A stretch of DNA of 64,000 nt from a virus, in IMG/VR virus record IMGVR_UViG_3300037010_003043, positions 6,132 to 70,131 of that record; one strand, given 5' to 3'. Within the stretch, counting starts at the first letter, position 1, and every line of letters begins with the position of its first letter. The position numbers and the translations under genes were made by a program. Below, piece after piece: positions 1 through 9,085 of the stretch. The notes beneath the pieces were generated by a model. That model was not told where the DNA came from. It did not search any database and was given only the letters and a program-made list of their open reading frames with translations.

Positions 1-103
1 GCTCCTTAATTGCCTTTTCAAAATCAGTTTCAATTACAATCTTTTTTTCAAGTATATTAGATATAGATTCAAGAAGCATATATTCGTCGTAAGTTAAAAT
101 CAT
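1..103 (-). CDS. 5' part of a seventh tandem paralogue (SCM/GYD-tail family), running off the window edge
   Basis: ATG at 103; reads MILTYDEYMLLESISNILEKKIVIETDFEKAIKE, matching the N-termini of the six complete copies. Confidence 0.9.
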   Translation of the reverse strand, partial: MILTYDEYMLLESISNILEKKIVIETDFEKAIKE

Positions 104-156
104 AATTTCTATATTTTATTTATATTTTTTGTTTTTTTATTTTTATCTTTATCGTA

Positions 157-365
157 TCAATCTTCTTCTCTATCATAATCGTATCTTCTATTTCCATATC
201 TATCATATCCATTTTCATCATATCCATCTTGATCATAACCTTCTGAATCATAACCATATTCGTTATGTCCACTTCTATCATATCCATCTCTATCATATCC
301 ATCTCTATCATATCCATCTCTATCATATCCATTACGATCATAACCTTCTTCGTCATATCCTTCTA
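157..365 (-). repeat. 15-bp coding tandem repeat (GYDxx)
   Basis: (tctatcatatccatc)n-like units; boundaries approximate. Confidence 0.9.
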
Positions 366-1314
366 CATCTTCAAATCCACCATTTGCGTTTTCTAATCTA
401 TAAATATCAATAATACCATCCTTTTCTAAAAAAGCAGTTTCTCTATCAGAATGTAAAATAGATTTATTATTATAAATCACTAAATATTTAAAAGTATCCA
501 TATATGGATATTTGAATTTAGGTGCATTTTTTTCATTTATAAATGAAACTTCAACTTGTGCATTAAAATCAAAATTATATTTTTCTTTGAAAAAATCATA
601 TAATTTAAATCTATTTTGTGCTTCTTTAAATAAAGCTAATTGAAGATCATTGTTAATTGCATATCTTCTGTCTAAATATAATCCTTTATTTGTTTTCCAT
701 AACAACGCTCTAGCTATAGTTTTATTTTCTTCATTAGTCTTTAAAAACAATTTAACATTTTCGTTTTTTGCATAAAATTCTAAAAATTTTTGAGTATAAT
801 CACGTGACATACAAGAATCACCTAGTTCTCCAACTTTTATCATATTTTTCGGATTATAATAATACAAAATATCTTCACCTTCAACAAGTTTAAAAGATGG
901 ATCTTCGCCCATTTGAATCATCTTTAAACTATTTGTAAAATCTGCAAGTTCATCAGGCTTTAATCTTAAATTTTTTAATAAAGTTTGTATTAATTTACCA
1001 ATTTTAATTTCTTGTTTAACTTCTTTACCATTAGGTTTCGTTATAATAATCTCTAAAAAACCAGGTTTTTTTGACAAATCAATTGAATTTATATTTTCTA
1101 TTGCTTTATCATCGTCAAGTTCTAAAACCACATCCTCAATATCTCTTTGAATCAATTCAACAATAGAATCAATTATTTTTTTTCTTTTAGGATTTCCTGG
1201 TGATACTTGAAGCTCCTTAATTGCCTTTTCAAAATCAGTTTCAATTACAATCTTTTTTTCAAGTATATTAGATATAGACTCAAGAAGCATATATTCATTG
1301 TAAGTTAAAATCAT
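157..1314 (-). CDS. Tandem paralogue, putative head-packaged protein, about 11 GYDxx repeats
   Basis: 385 aa; core motifs SCMS, ARALLW, YLDRRY, PYMDTF; capsid-targeting-like N-terminus. Confidence 0.85.
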   Translation of the reverse strand: MILTYNEYMLLESISNILEKKIVIETDFEKAIKELQVSPGNPKRKKIIDSIVELIQRDIEDVVLELDDDKAIENINSIDLSKKPGFLEIIITKPNGKEVKQEIKIGKLIQTLLKNLRLKPDELADFTNSLKMIQMGEDPSFKLVEGEDILYYYNPKNMIKVGELGDSCMSRDYTQKFLEFYAKNENVKLFLKTNEENKTIARALLWKTNKGLYLDRRYAINNDLQLALFKEAQNRFKLYDFFKEKYNFDFNAQVEVSFINEKNAPKFKYPYMDTFKYLVIYNNKSILHSDRETAFLEKDGIIDIYRLENANGGFEDVEGYDEEGYDRNGYDRDGYDRDGYDRDGYDRSGHNEYGYDSEGYDQDGYDENGYDRYGNRRYDYDREED

Positions 1315-1354
1315 AATTTTAATTTATTTTTTAACTATCTTTTTTATTTTAATC

Positions 1355-2455
1355 TCAGTCATATTCTTCATCATCATTTTCATCTCTATAATTTCCATCT
1401 CTATCATATCCATCACTATCATAACCTTCCATATCATAACCTTCTCTATCATAACCTTCCATATCATAACCATCTTCATCATAACCTTCATTATCGTATC
1501 CTTCTGTGTCTTTAAATCCTCCTCTTGTATCTTCTAACGTATAAATATCAAAAGCACTATTTTTTTCTAAAAAAGCAGCTTCTTTATTAGAATATAAAAT
1601 AGATTTATTATTATAAATTACTAAATATTTAAAAGTATCCATATATGGGTACTTAAAATTATATGCATTATTTTCATTTATAAACGAAACTTCAACTTGT
1701 GCATCAAAATCAAAATTGTATTTTTCTTTAAAAAAATCATGTAATTTAAATCTATTTTGTACTTCTTTAAATAAAGTTAATTGAAGATCATTGTTAATTG
1801 CATATCTTCTGTCTAAATATAATCCTTTATTTGTTTTCCATAATAACACTCTAGCTATAGTTTTATTTTCTTCATTAGTCTTTAAAAACAATTTAACGTT
1901 TTCATTTTTTGCATAAAATTCTAGAAATTTTTGAGTATTAGGATGCGACATACAAGAATTGCCCAATTCTCCTGTTTTTACCATATTATTTGGATGATAA
2001 TAGTATAAAATATCTTCGCCTTCAACAAGTTTAAAAGATGGATCTTCACCCATTTGAATCATTTTTAAACTATTTGTAAAATCTGCAAGCTCATCAGGTT
2101 TTAATCTTAAATTTTTTAATAAAGTTTGTATTAATTTACCAATTTTAATTTCTTGTTTAACTTCTTTACCATTAGGTTTCGTTATAATAATCTCTAAAAA
2201 ACCAGGCTTTTTTGATAAATCAATTGATTCTATATCACTTATTGATTTATCGTCATCAAGTTCTAAAACTGTAGACTCTATATCTTTTTGAATTAATTCA
2301 ATAATAGAATCAATTATTTTTTTTCTTTTAGGATTTCCTGGTGATACTTGAAGCTCCTTAATTGCCTTTTCAAAATCAGTTTCAATTACAATCCTTTTTT
2401 CAAGTATATTAGATATAGACTCAAGAAGCATATATTCATCGTAAGTTAAAATCAT
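1355..2455 (-). CDS. Tandem paralogue, about 7 GYDxx repeats
   Basis: 366 aa; same core as neighbours. Confidence 0.85.
   Translation of the reverse strand: MILTYDEYMLLESISNILEKRIVIETDFEKAIKELQVSPGNPKRKKIIDSIIELIQKDIESTVLELDDDKSISDIESIDLSKKPGFLEIIITKPNGKEVKQEIKIGKLIQTLLKNLRLKPDELADFTNSLKMIQMGEDPSFKLVEGEDILYYYHPNNMVKTGELGNSCMSHPNTQKFLEFYAKNENVKLFLKTNEENKTIARVLLWKTNKGLYLDRRYAINNDLQLTLFKEVQNRFKLHDFFKEKYNFDFDAQVEVSFINENNAYNFKYPYMDTFKYLVIYNNKSILYSNKEAAFLEKNSAFDIYTLEDTRGGFKDTEGYDNEGYDEDGYDMEGYDREGYDMEGYDSDGYDRDGNYRDENDDEEYD
1385..1505 (-). repeat. 15-bp coding tandem repeat (GYDxx)
   Basis: About 7 units; boundaries approximate. Confidence 0.85.
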
Positions 2456-2470
2456 TGTTTTATATTATTT

Positions 2471-3790
2471 TTAACTATCTTTTTCATTTCCATCTTTATC
2501 GTAACCATCTTCATCGTATCCGTCTTTATCATAACCGTCTCTGTCAAAATCTTCTCTATCATAACCATCTCTATCATAACCATCTCTATCATAACCATCT
2601 CTATCATAACCATTCCAGTTATATCCATCTCTATCATATCCATCTATATCATGACCATCTTCGTTATAACCATCACGATCATAACCACCTAAATCATATC
2701 CATTTTCATCATATCCATCTTCATCAAAACCTTCTCTATCATAACCATCACTATCATAACCAAACATATTATAACCTTCTCTATCATAACCTTCTGCATC
2801 ATAACCTTCTGCATCATAACCTTCATCGTCATATCCTTCTATATCTTCAAATCCACCATTTGTACTTCCTAATATATAAATATTAAAAGCATTCTTTTTT
2901 TCTAAAAAGGCAACTTCTCTATCAGAATGTAAAATAGATTTATTATTATAAATTACTAAATACTTAAAAGTATCCATATATGGGTATTCAAATTTAGATA
3001 TATTTTTTTCATTTATAAATGGAACTTCAACTTGTACATTAAAATGAATATCATCTTTCTCTTTAAAAAAGTCATGTAACTTAAATCTATTTTGTGCTTC
3101 TTTTAATATAGCTAATTGAAGATCATTGTTGATTGCATATCTTCTGTCTAAATACAATCCTTTATTTGTTTTCCATAATAACGCTCTAGCTATAGTTTTA
3201 TTTTCTTCATTAGTCTTTAAAAACAATTTAACATTTTCATTTTTTGCATAAAATTCTAAAAATTTTTGTGTATAATCATGTGACATACAAGAATTACCCA
3301 ATTCTCCAGTTTTTACCATATTCTTTGGATGATAATAATATAAAATATCTTCACCTTCAACAAGTTTAAAAGATGGATCTTCGCCCATTTGAATCATCTT
3401 TAAACTATTTGTAAAATCTGCAAGTTCATCAGGCTTTAATCTTAAATTTTTCAACAGAACTTGTACTAATTTACCAATTTTAATTTCTTGTTTAACTTCT
3501 TTGCCATTAGGTTTAGTTATAATAATCTCTAAGAAACCAGGCTTTTTTGATAAATCAATTGATTCTATATCACTGATTGATTTATCATCATCAAGTTCTA
3601 AAACTGTAGACTCTATATCTTTTTGAATTAATTCAATAATAGAATCAATTATTTTTTTTCTTTTAGGATTTCCTGGTGATACTTGAAGCTCCTTAATTGC
3701 CTTTTCAAAATCAGTTTCAATTACAATCTTTTTTTCAAGTATATTAGATATAGACTCAAGAAGCATATATTCATCGTAAGTTAAAATCAT
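2471..3790 (-). CDS. Tandem paralogue, about 23 GYDxx repeats
   Basis: 439 aa; same core. Confidence 0.85.
   Translation of the reverse strand: MILTYDEYMLLESISNILEKKIVIETDFEKAIKELQVSPGNPKRKKIIDSIIELIQKDIESTVLELDDDKSISDIESIDLSKKPGFLEIIITKPNGKEVKQEIKIGKLVQVLLKNLRLKPDELADFTNSLKMIQMGEDPSFKLVEGEDILYYYHPKNMVKTGELGNSCMSHDYTQKFLEFYAKNENVKLFLKTNEENKTIARALLWKTNKGLYLDRRYAINNDLQLAILKEAQNRFKLHDFFKEKDDIHFNVQVEVPFINEKNISKFEYPYMDTFKYLVIYNNKSILHSDREVAFLEKKNAFNIYILGSTNGGFEDIEGYDDEGYDAEGYDAEGYDREGYNMFGYDSDGYDREGFDEDGYDENGYDLGGYDRDGYNEDGHDIDGYDRDGYNWNGYDRDGYDRDGYDRDGYDREDFDRDGYDKDGYDEDGYDKDGNEKDS
2485..2840 (-). repeat. 15-bp coding tandem repeat (GYDxx)
   Basis: About 23 units; boundaries approximate. Confidence 0.9.
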
Positions 3791-3809
3791 TGTTTTATGT
3801 TATTTTTTT

Positions 3810-3938
3810 TTAACTATCTTTTTTATTTCCATCTTTATCATAATCATATTCGTTGTATCCATTTACTATCATATCCATTTGGATCATATCCATCTCTATT
3901 ATATCCATCTATCTCTATCATAATCATATCTATCATAA
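3810..3938 (-). pseudogene. Frameshifted relic of the GYDxx tail of the 3939..4904 paralogue
   Basis: After the TAG, shifted frames read DSYDRYDYDRD, DGYNRDGYDPNGYDS and NGYNEYDYDKDGNKKDS*. Confidence 0.8.
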
Positions 3939-4904
3939 CTATCTATCAGCTCGTCTAAATTTACCATCTGTATTTCCTAATATATAAATATCAAAAGCAT
4001 CTTCAAGTTTATAAAAAGCATAGTCATCATTAACATGAGAACGTAAAATAGATCTATCTTCATAAATTACTAAATACTTAAAAGTATCCATATATGGATA
4101 TTCAAATTTAGATGCATTTTTTGCATTTATAAATGGAACCTCAACTTGTAGATCAATATTGCGATCTAATTTTTCTTTAAAAAAGTCATACAATTTAAAT
4201 CTATTTTGTGCTTCTTTTAATATAGCTATTTGAAGATCATTGTCTATAGCATATCTTCTATCTAAATATAACCCTTTATCCGTTTTCCATAATAACGCTC
4301 TAGCTATAGTTTTATTTTCTTCATTAGTTTTTAAAAATAGTTTTACATTTTTATTATTTGCATAAAATTCTAGAAATGTTTGAGTATTATCATGTGACAT
4401 ACAAGAATTACCTAAATTACCTGCTTTTACCATATTTTTTGGATGGTAATAATACAAAATGTTTTCACGATCAATAAGTCTAAAAGATGGATCTTCACCT
4501 ATTTGAATTATCTTTAAACTATTTGTAAAATCCTCGAGTTCATCAGGCTTTAATTTTAAACTTTTTAATAAAGTTTGTATTAATTTACCAATCTTAATTT
4601 CTTGTTTAACTTCTTTGCCATTAGGCTTAGTTATAATAATTTCTAAAAAACCAGGTTTTTTTGACAAATCAATTGATTTTATGTCATTTATTGCTTTATC
4701 GTCATCAAGTTCTAAAACTGCAGATTCTATATCTCTTTGAATCAATTCAACAATAGAATCAATTATTTTTTTTCTTTTAGGATTTCCTGGCGAAACTTGA
4801 AGCTCTTTGATTGCTTTTTCAAAATCATCTTCAATTGCAATTTTTTTTTCGAATATATTAGATATAGACTCAAAAAGCATATATTCGTCATAAGTTAAAA
4901 TCAT
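3939..4904 (-). CDS. Tandem paralogue lacking the repeat tail
   Basis: 321 aa; core intact, ends ...GKFRRADR*. Confidence 0.85.
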   Translation of the reverse strand: MILTYDEYMLFESISNIFEKKIAIEDDFEKAIKELQVSPGNPKRKKIIDSIVELIQRDIESAVLELDDDKAINDIKSIDLSKKPGFLEIIITKPNGKEVKQEIKIGKLIQTLLKSLKLKPDELEDFTNSLKIIQIGEDPSFRLIDRENILYYYHPKNMVKAGNLGNSCMSHDNTQTFLEFYANNKNVKLFLKTNEENKTIARALLWKTDKGLYLDRRYAIDNDLQIAILKEAQNRFKLYDFFKEKLDRNIDLQVEVPFINAKNASKFEYPYMDTFKYLVIYEDRSILRSHVNDDYAFYKLEDAFDIYILGNTDGKFRRADR

Positions 4905-4920
4905 AGTTTTATTTTATTTT

Positions 4921-6255
4921 TTAACTATCTTTTTCATTTCCATCTTGATCATATCCGTCTTTATCATACCCATCTTCATCATAACCATCTTCATTGTAAC
5001 CATCTTCGTCGTAGCCATCTTCGTCATATCCATCTTCATTATATCCATTTTTATCGTAACCCTCTCTATCATATCCATATTCGTCATATCCATCTTCATC
5101 ATATCCATCTTCATCATAACCATCTCTATTATAACCTTCTCTATTATAATCACCTTCATCATAACCATCTCTATCATAACCGTTTCTATCATAACCATCT
5201 TCGTTATAACCATCTTCATCATAACCATATCTATCGTAACCATCGTTATCAAATCCATCTTTATTATATCCATCACCGTCATATCCATCTTCATCGAAAC
5301 CATTAGAATCTTCAAATCCTCCTTTTGTACTTTCTAATGTATAAACGTCAAAAATACCGCTTTTTTCGGAATAAGCAGCATATTTACTAGAATATAAAAT
5401 AGAATCATTATCGGAAATCATTAAATATTTAAAAGTATCCATATATGGGTATTCAAATTTAGGTGCATTTTTTTCACTTATAAATGAAACTTCAACTTGC
5501 AAATCAATATTAGGATCTAATTTTTCTTTAAAAAAATCATGTAATTTAAATCTATTTTGTGCTTCTTTTAGTATTACTAATTGAAGATCATTGTCTATAG
5601 CATATCTTCTATCTAAATATAATCCTTTATTTGTTTTCCATAACAGCGCTCTAGCTATAGTTTTATTTTCTTCATTAGTCTTTAAAAATAATTTAACATT
5701 TTTATTTTCTGCATAAAATTTTAAAAATTTTTGTGTATTATCATATGACATACAAGAATTGCCTAAATTACCTGTTTTTACCATATTCTTTGGATGATAA
5801 TAATACAAAATATCTTCACCTTCAACAAGTTTAAAAGATGGATCTTCACCCATTTGAATCATTTTTAAACTATTTGTAAAATCTGCAAGTTCATCAGGCT
5901 TTAATCTTAAATTTTTCAACAGAATTTGTACTAATTTACCAATTTTAATTTCTTGTTTAACTTCTTTGCCATTAGGTTTAGTTATAATAATTTCTAAAAA
6001 ACCAGGTTTTTTAGATAAATTAATTGAATTTATATTTTCTATTGCCTTATCGTCATTAAGTTCTAAAACTGTAGACTCTATATCTCTTTGAATTAATTCA
6101 ACAATAGAATCAATTATTTTTTTTCTTTTAGGATCACCTGGCGAAATTTGAAGCTCCTTAATTGCTTTTTCAAAATCATCTTCAATTATAATCTTTTTTT
6201 CAAATATATTAAATATAGACTCAAGAAGTGTATATTCGCCATAAGTTAAAATCAT
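4921..6255 (-). CDS. Tandem paralogue, about 24 GYDxx repeats
   Basis: 444 aa; same core. Confidence 0.85.
   Translation of the reverse strand: MILTYGEYTLLESIFNIFEKKIIIEDDFEKAIKELQISPGDPKRKKIIDSIVELIQRDIESTVLELNDDKAIENINSINLSKKPGFLEIIITKPNGKEVKQEIKIGKLVQILLKNLRLKPDELADFTNSLKMIQMGEDPSFKLVEGEDILYYYHPKNMVKTGNLGNSCMSYDNTQKFLKFYAENKNVKLFLKTNEENKTIARALLWKTNKGLYLDRRYAIDNDLQLVILKEAQNRFKLHDFFKEKLDPNIDLQVEVSFISEKNAPKFEYPYMDTFKYLMISDNDSILYSSKYAAYSEKSGIFDVYTLESTKGGFEDSNGFDEDGYDGDGYNKDGFDNDGYDRYGYDEDGYNEDGYDRNGYDRDGYDEGDYNREGYNRDGYDEDGYDEDGYDEYGYDREGYDKNGYNEDGYDEDGYDEDGYNEDGYDEDGYDKDGYDQDGNEKDS
4935..5305 (-). repeat. 15-bp coding tandem repeat (GYDxx)
   Basis: About 24 units; boundaries approximate. 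Confidence 0.9.
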
Positions 6256-6272
6256 TATTTTATATTATTTTT

Positions 6273-7547
6273 TTATTGCTTTTTTTTGTTTCCATTTTTA
6301 TCATATCCTTTATAATCATATCCATCTTCGTCATATCCATCTCTATCATACCCATAATCATCATATCCATCTCTATCATATTCATCTCTATCATATCCAT
6401 CAATATCATATCCATCTTTATCATATCCATCTTTATCGTATCCATCTTTATCGTATCCATCTTTATCGTATCCTTTATAATCATATCCATCATCGTCAAA
6501 TCCATCACGATTATGCCCATATTCGTCATAACCATCTCTATCATAACCATCTTTATCATATCCATCAAGATCATAACCATCAGCATCAAAACCATTAGAC
6601 CCTTCAAATCTTCCCTCTGTACTTTCTAATTTATAAATATCATAAGCATAACCTCTTTGTGAATAAGCAACTTCTTTATTAGAATATAAAATAGAATTAT
6701 TATCAAAAATTGTTAAATATTTAAAAGTATCCGTATATGGGTACTTAAATTTAGATGCATTTTTTGCATTTATAAATGAAACTTCAATTTGTAGATCAAC
6801 ATTAGGATCTAATTTTTCTTTAAAAAAATCATATAACTTAAATCTATTTTGTGCTTCTTTTAACATAACCATTTGAAGATTGTTGTCTATAGCATATCTT
6901 CTATCTAAATATAATCCTTTATTTGTTTTCCATAACAACGCTCTAGCTATAGTTTTATTTTCTTCGTTAGTCTTTAAAAACAATTTAACATTTTTATTTT
7001 CTGCATAAAATTCTAGAAATTTTTGTGTATTAAGATGTGACATACAAGAATTACCCAGTTCTCCAGCTTTTACCATATTTTTTGGATGATAATAATATAA
7101 AATATCTTCACCTTCAACAACTTTAAAGGACGGGTCTTCGCCTATTTGAATCATCTTTAAACTATTTGTAAAATCTGCAAGTTCATCAGGTTTTAATCTT
7201 AAATTTTTCAATAAAGTTTGTATCAATTTACCAATCTTAATTTCTTGTTTAACTTCTTTGCCGTTAGGCTTAATTATAATAATTTCTAAAAAACCTGGTT
7301 TTTTAGATAAATTAATTGAATTTATATTTTCTATTGCCTTGTCATCATCAAGTTCTAAAACTGCAGATTCTATATCTCTTTGAATCAATTCAACAATAGA
7401 ATCAATTATTTTTTTTCTTTTAGGATCACCAGGTGAAACTTGAAGCTCCTTGATTGCTTTTTCAAAATCAGCTTCAATTGCAATCTTTTTTTCGAGTATA
7501 TTAGATATAGATTCAAGAAGCATATATTCGTCGTAAGTTAAAATCAT
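6273..7547 (-). CDS. Tandem paralogue (first of the array), about 20 GYDxx repeats
   Basis: 424 aa; same core, with PYTDT in place of PYMDT. Confidence 0.85.
   Translation of the reverse strand: MILTYDEYMLLESISNILEKKIAIEADFEKAIKELQVSPGDPKRKKIIDSIVELIQRDIESAVLELDDDKAIENINSINLSKKPGFLEIIIIKPNGKEVKQEIKIGKLIQTLLKNLRLKPDELADFTNSLKMIQIGEDPSFKVVEGEDILYYYHPKNMVKAGELGNSCMSHLNTQKFLEFYAENKNVKLFLKTNEENKTIARALLWKTNKGLYLDRRYAIDNNLQMVMLKEAQNRFKLYDFFKEKLDPNVDLQIEVSFINAKNASKFKYPYTDTFKYLTIFDNNSILYSNKEVAYSQRGYAYDIYKLESTEGRFEGSNGFDADGYDLDGYDKDGYDRDGYDEYGHNRDGFDDDGYDYKGYDKDGYDKDGYDKDGYDKDGYDIDGYDRDEYDRDGYDDYGYDRDGYDEDGYDYKGYDKNGNKKKQ
6290..6595 (-). repeat. 15-bp coding tandem repeat (GYDxx)
   Basis: About 20 units; boundaries approximate. 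Confidence 0.9.
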
Positions 7548-7702
7548 AATTTTATTTTATTTTTCATTTTTTTGTTTATTTTTTCAATAAAATCATAAAT
7601 TTTATCATCTTTTGCAGGTTCGATGACTCTTTTAGGAGGTTCATAGTTCGAAATTTCAGTTTTTGAATCTACAAATTCTTTAAAATTTTTTAAATCTTCC
7701 AT
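7544..7702 (-). CDS. Small protein (52 aa) absent from the ORF track; possible internal head protein
   Basis: MEDLKNFKEFVDSKTEISNYEPPKRVIEPAKDDKIYDFIEKINKKMKNKIKL; GGAG upstream; ATGA overlap with the first array gene. Confidence 0.7.
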   Translation of the reverse strand: MEDLKNFKEFVDSKTEISNYEPPKRVIEPAKDDKIYDFIEKINKKMKNKIKL

Positions 7703-7784
7703 TTTTAACTCCAATTTTCTATACTTCTTCGTATATTAAAATACAAAATTCAATATATTTTTAAACCTTATTTTTCCATATTTT

Positions 7785-8648
7785 TTACAAATTTTCAGGT
7801 ATCTCTAAATTAAATTCAATTAATTTAGATTTTATATTTTCTTTTATAGTTTCAATTTTCTTTTTAAATTCAAAATTTTTTGAATTTATTATATTAAGAC
7901 ATTTTTCAAACGTAGAAACATCTTCAATTTTTATATTTTTTCCAAATACCATTTCAACAAATTCTTGTGGATTTGACGTTACTATTCTTTTTGAACTTTC
8001 TAAAATAATTGATTTTTTAAGAACACCATTTTTACCTTCAAATGTTTTACTTACAACGCCTACGCCTTCACTGTGACTGTAATAATACTTTTGATATTCT
8101 TTAACTTTTTCATTTGTATCAAAATATGAAATTATTTTTCTATCTAACGACTCAACTAAAGCATGAAAAACTGCTTCTCTATATTTTGAAGTATACTCAG
8201 ATTCATTTTTTCTTAAATTTGGAGAATAACGTGAAAACTTAATCCATTCTAAATTCTCTACTAATTCTAAATGAATATCTACATTATTTTGTTTTTTAAA
8301 ATTTCCATTTATTGGAAATTTAAATATAAACTTATTGTTTTCTTTTACAACTTTTATATTAATTCTTTTAAATTGCAATTGTATAAATTTTTCTAAATCT
8401 TCTAATTCAAGATTATTTTCTTTTAAAACATTATTTAAATCAACAGCGACATTTATATTATTACTTAAATCTTCTGCTAATTTTTTCTTACCAGCAGATC
8501 CTATAAATGCAACATCATTTTCCGTTAATCTTAAAAGATTTAATATATTTTCTATTAATATTTTTTGAGTCTTTGGTACATCTTTTTGTTTAATCCCATT
8601 TGATATACTCAAAGACTCGTTTAAAAATTCAATATATGATTTTAACAT
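7785..8648 (-). CDS. Phage Pol-beta-superfamily nucleotidyltransferase-like protein, apparently inactive
   Basis: IGSAGKK motif followed by SNNINVAVD where GDID is expected; downstream W-x-KF...SP...S-x-Y pattern; N-terminal SYIEFLNES. Confidence 0.55.
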   Translation of the reverse strand: MLKSYIEFLNESLSISNGIKQKDVPKTQKILIENILNLLRLTENDVAFIGSAGKKKLAEDLSNNINVAVDLNNVLKENNLELEDLEKFIQLQFKRINIKVVKENNKFIFKFPINGNFKKQNNVDIHLELVENLEWIKFSRYSPNLRKNESEYTSKYREAVFHALVESLDRKIISYFDTNEKVKEYQKYYYSHSEGVGVVSKTFEGKNGVLKKSIILESSKRIVTSNPQEFVEMVFGKNIKIEDVSTFEKCLNIINSKNFEFKKKIETIKENIKSKLIEFNLEIPENL

Positions 8649-8674
8649 CTTATTGTTTATTTTGTCTTAAAGAA

Positions 8675-9070
8675 CTATTCTTCATCCATCAGTTTTTTAA
8701 ATTCTTCTTTTTTTTCTTTAGCTTTTTCTTCTTTTTGTTTTTCTTTTTCCTCATCTGATAAAGTTGCAGGATTTTGTTTTATTAAATCATTTTCTTTAGC
8801 TTTTTTAATTTTATCAGCAATTTTAGGATCTTTAAAATTACCTGTATCTTTATTCCAGTTATCTTTTAACCAATTAAAAAATTCAGTTTTATCATCTTTT
8901 GACAAATCACCAGGAGATTCTGCACCATATTTAGCTAATCCAAAAAGCATTAAATCTTGGTATCTTTTTTGTTTATCTGACAATTCCTTTTTTCCATCGT
9001 CGTCTTCCTCGAAAATTTCACCATAATAATTTTCGATAAGAAATTCATCATATGTTTTAAATTTTTTCAT
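8675..9070 (-). CDS. Putative internal head protein
   Basis: N-terminus KTYDEFLIE resembles T4 capsid-targeting sequence MKTYQEFIAE; YQ...KYG...SP..L....K.EFF.....W pattern recalled from T4-like phage proteins. Confidence 0.6.
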   Translation of the reverse strand: MKKFKTYDEFLIENYYGEIFEEDDDGKKELSDKQKRYQDLMLFGLAKYGAESPGDLSKDDKTEFFNWLKDNWNKDTGNFKDPKIADKIKKAKENDLIKQNPATLSDEEKEKQKEEKAKEKKEEFKKLMDEE

Positions 9071-9085
9071 ATTGTATTTTTTATT

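Noticed and set aside
3939-3941. TAG readthrough or alternative genetic code
   Set aside because: The next in-frame codons are TTA TGA, the tail needs frameshifts, and long genes are intact under code 11 with TAA, TAG and TGA all used as stops
120-6629. Alternative-frame and antisense ORFs over the GYD tails (MDMIE-, YHIHL- and ISIFI-type repeats)
   Set aside because: By-products of a 15-bp repeat lacking stops in other frames; confined to the repeats
157-7547. Diversity-generating retroelement acting on the paralogues
   Set aside because: No reverse transcriptase or template repeat in the window, and differences are not adenine-restricted (e.g. CAT/TAT/CGT); an RT elsewhere cannot be excluded
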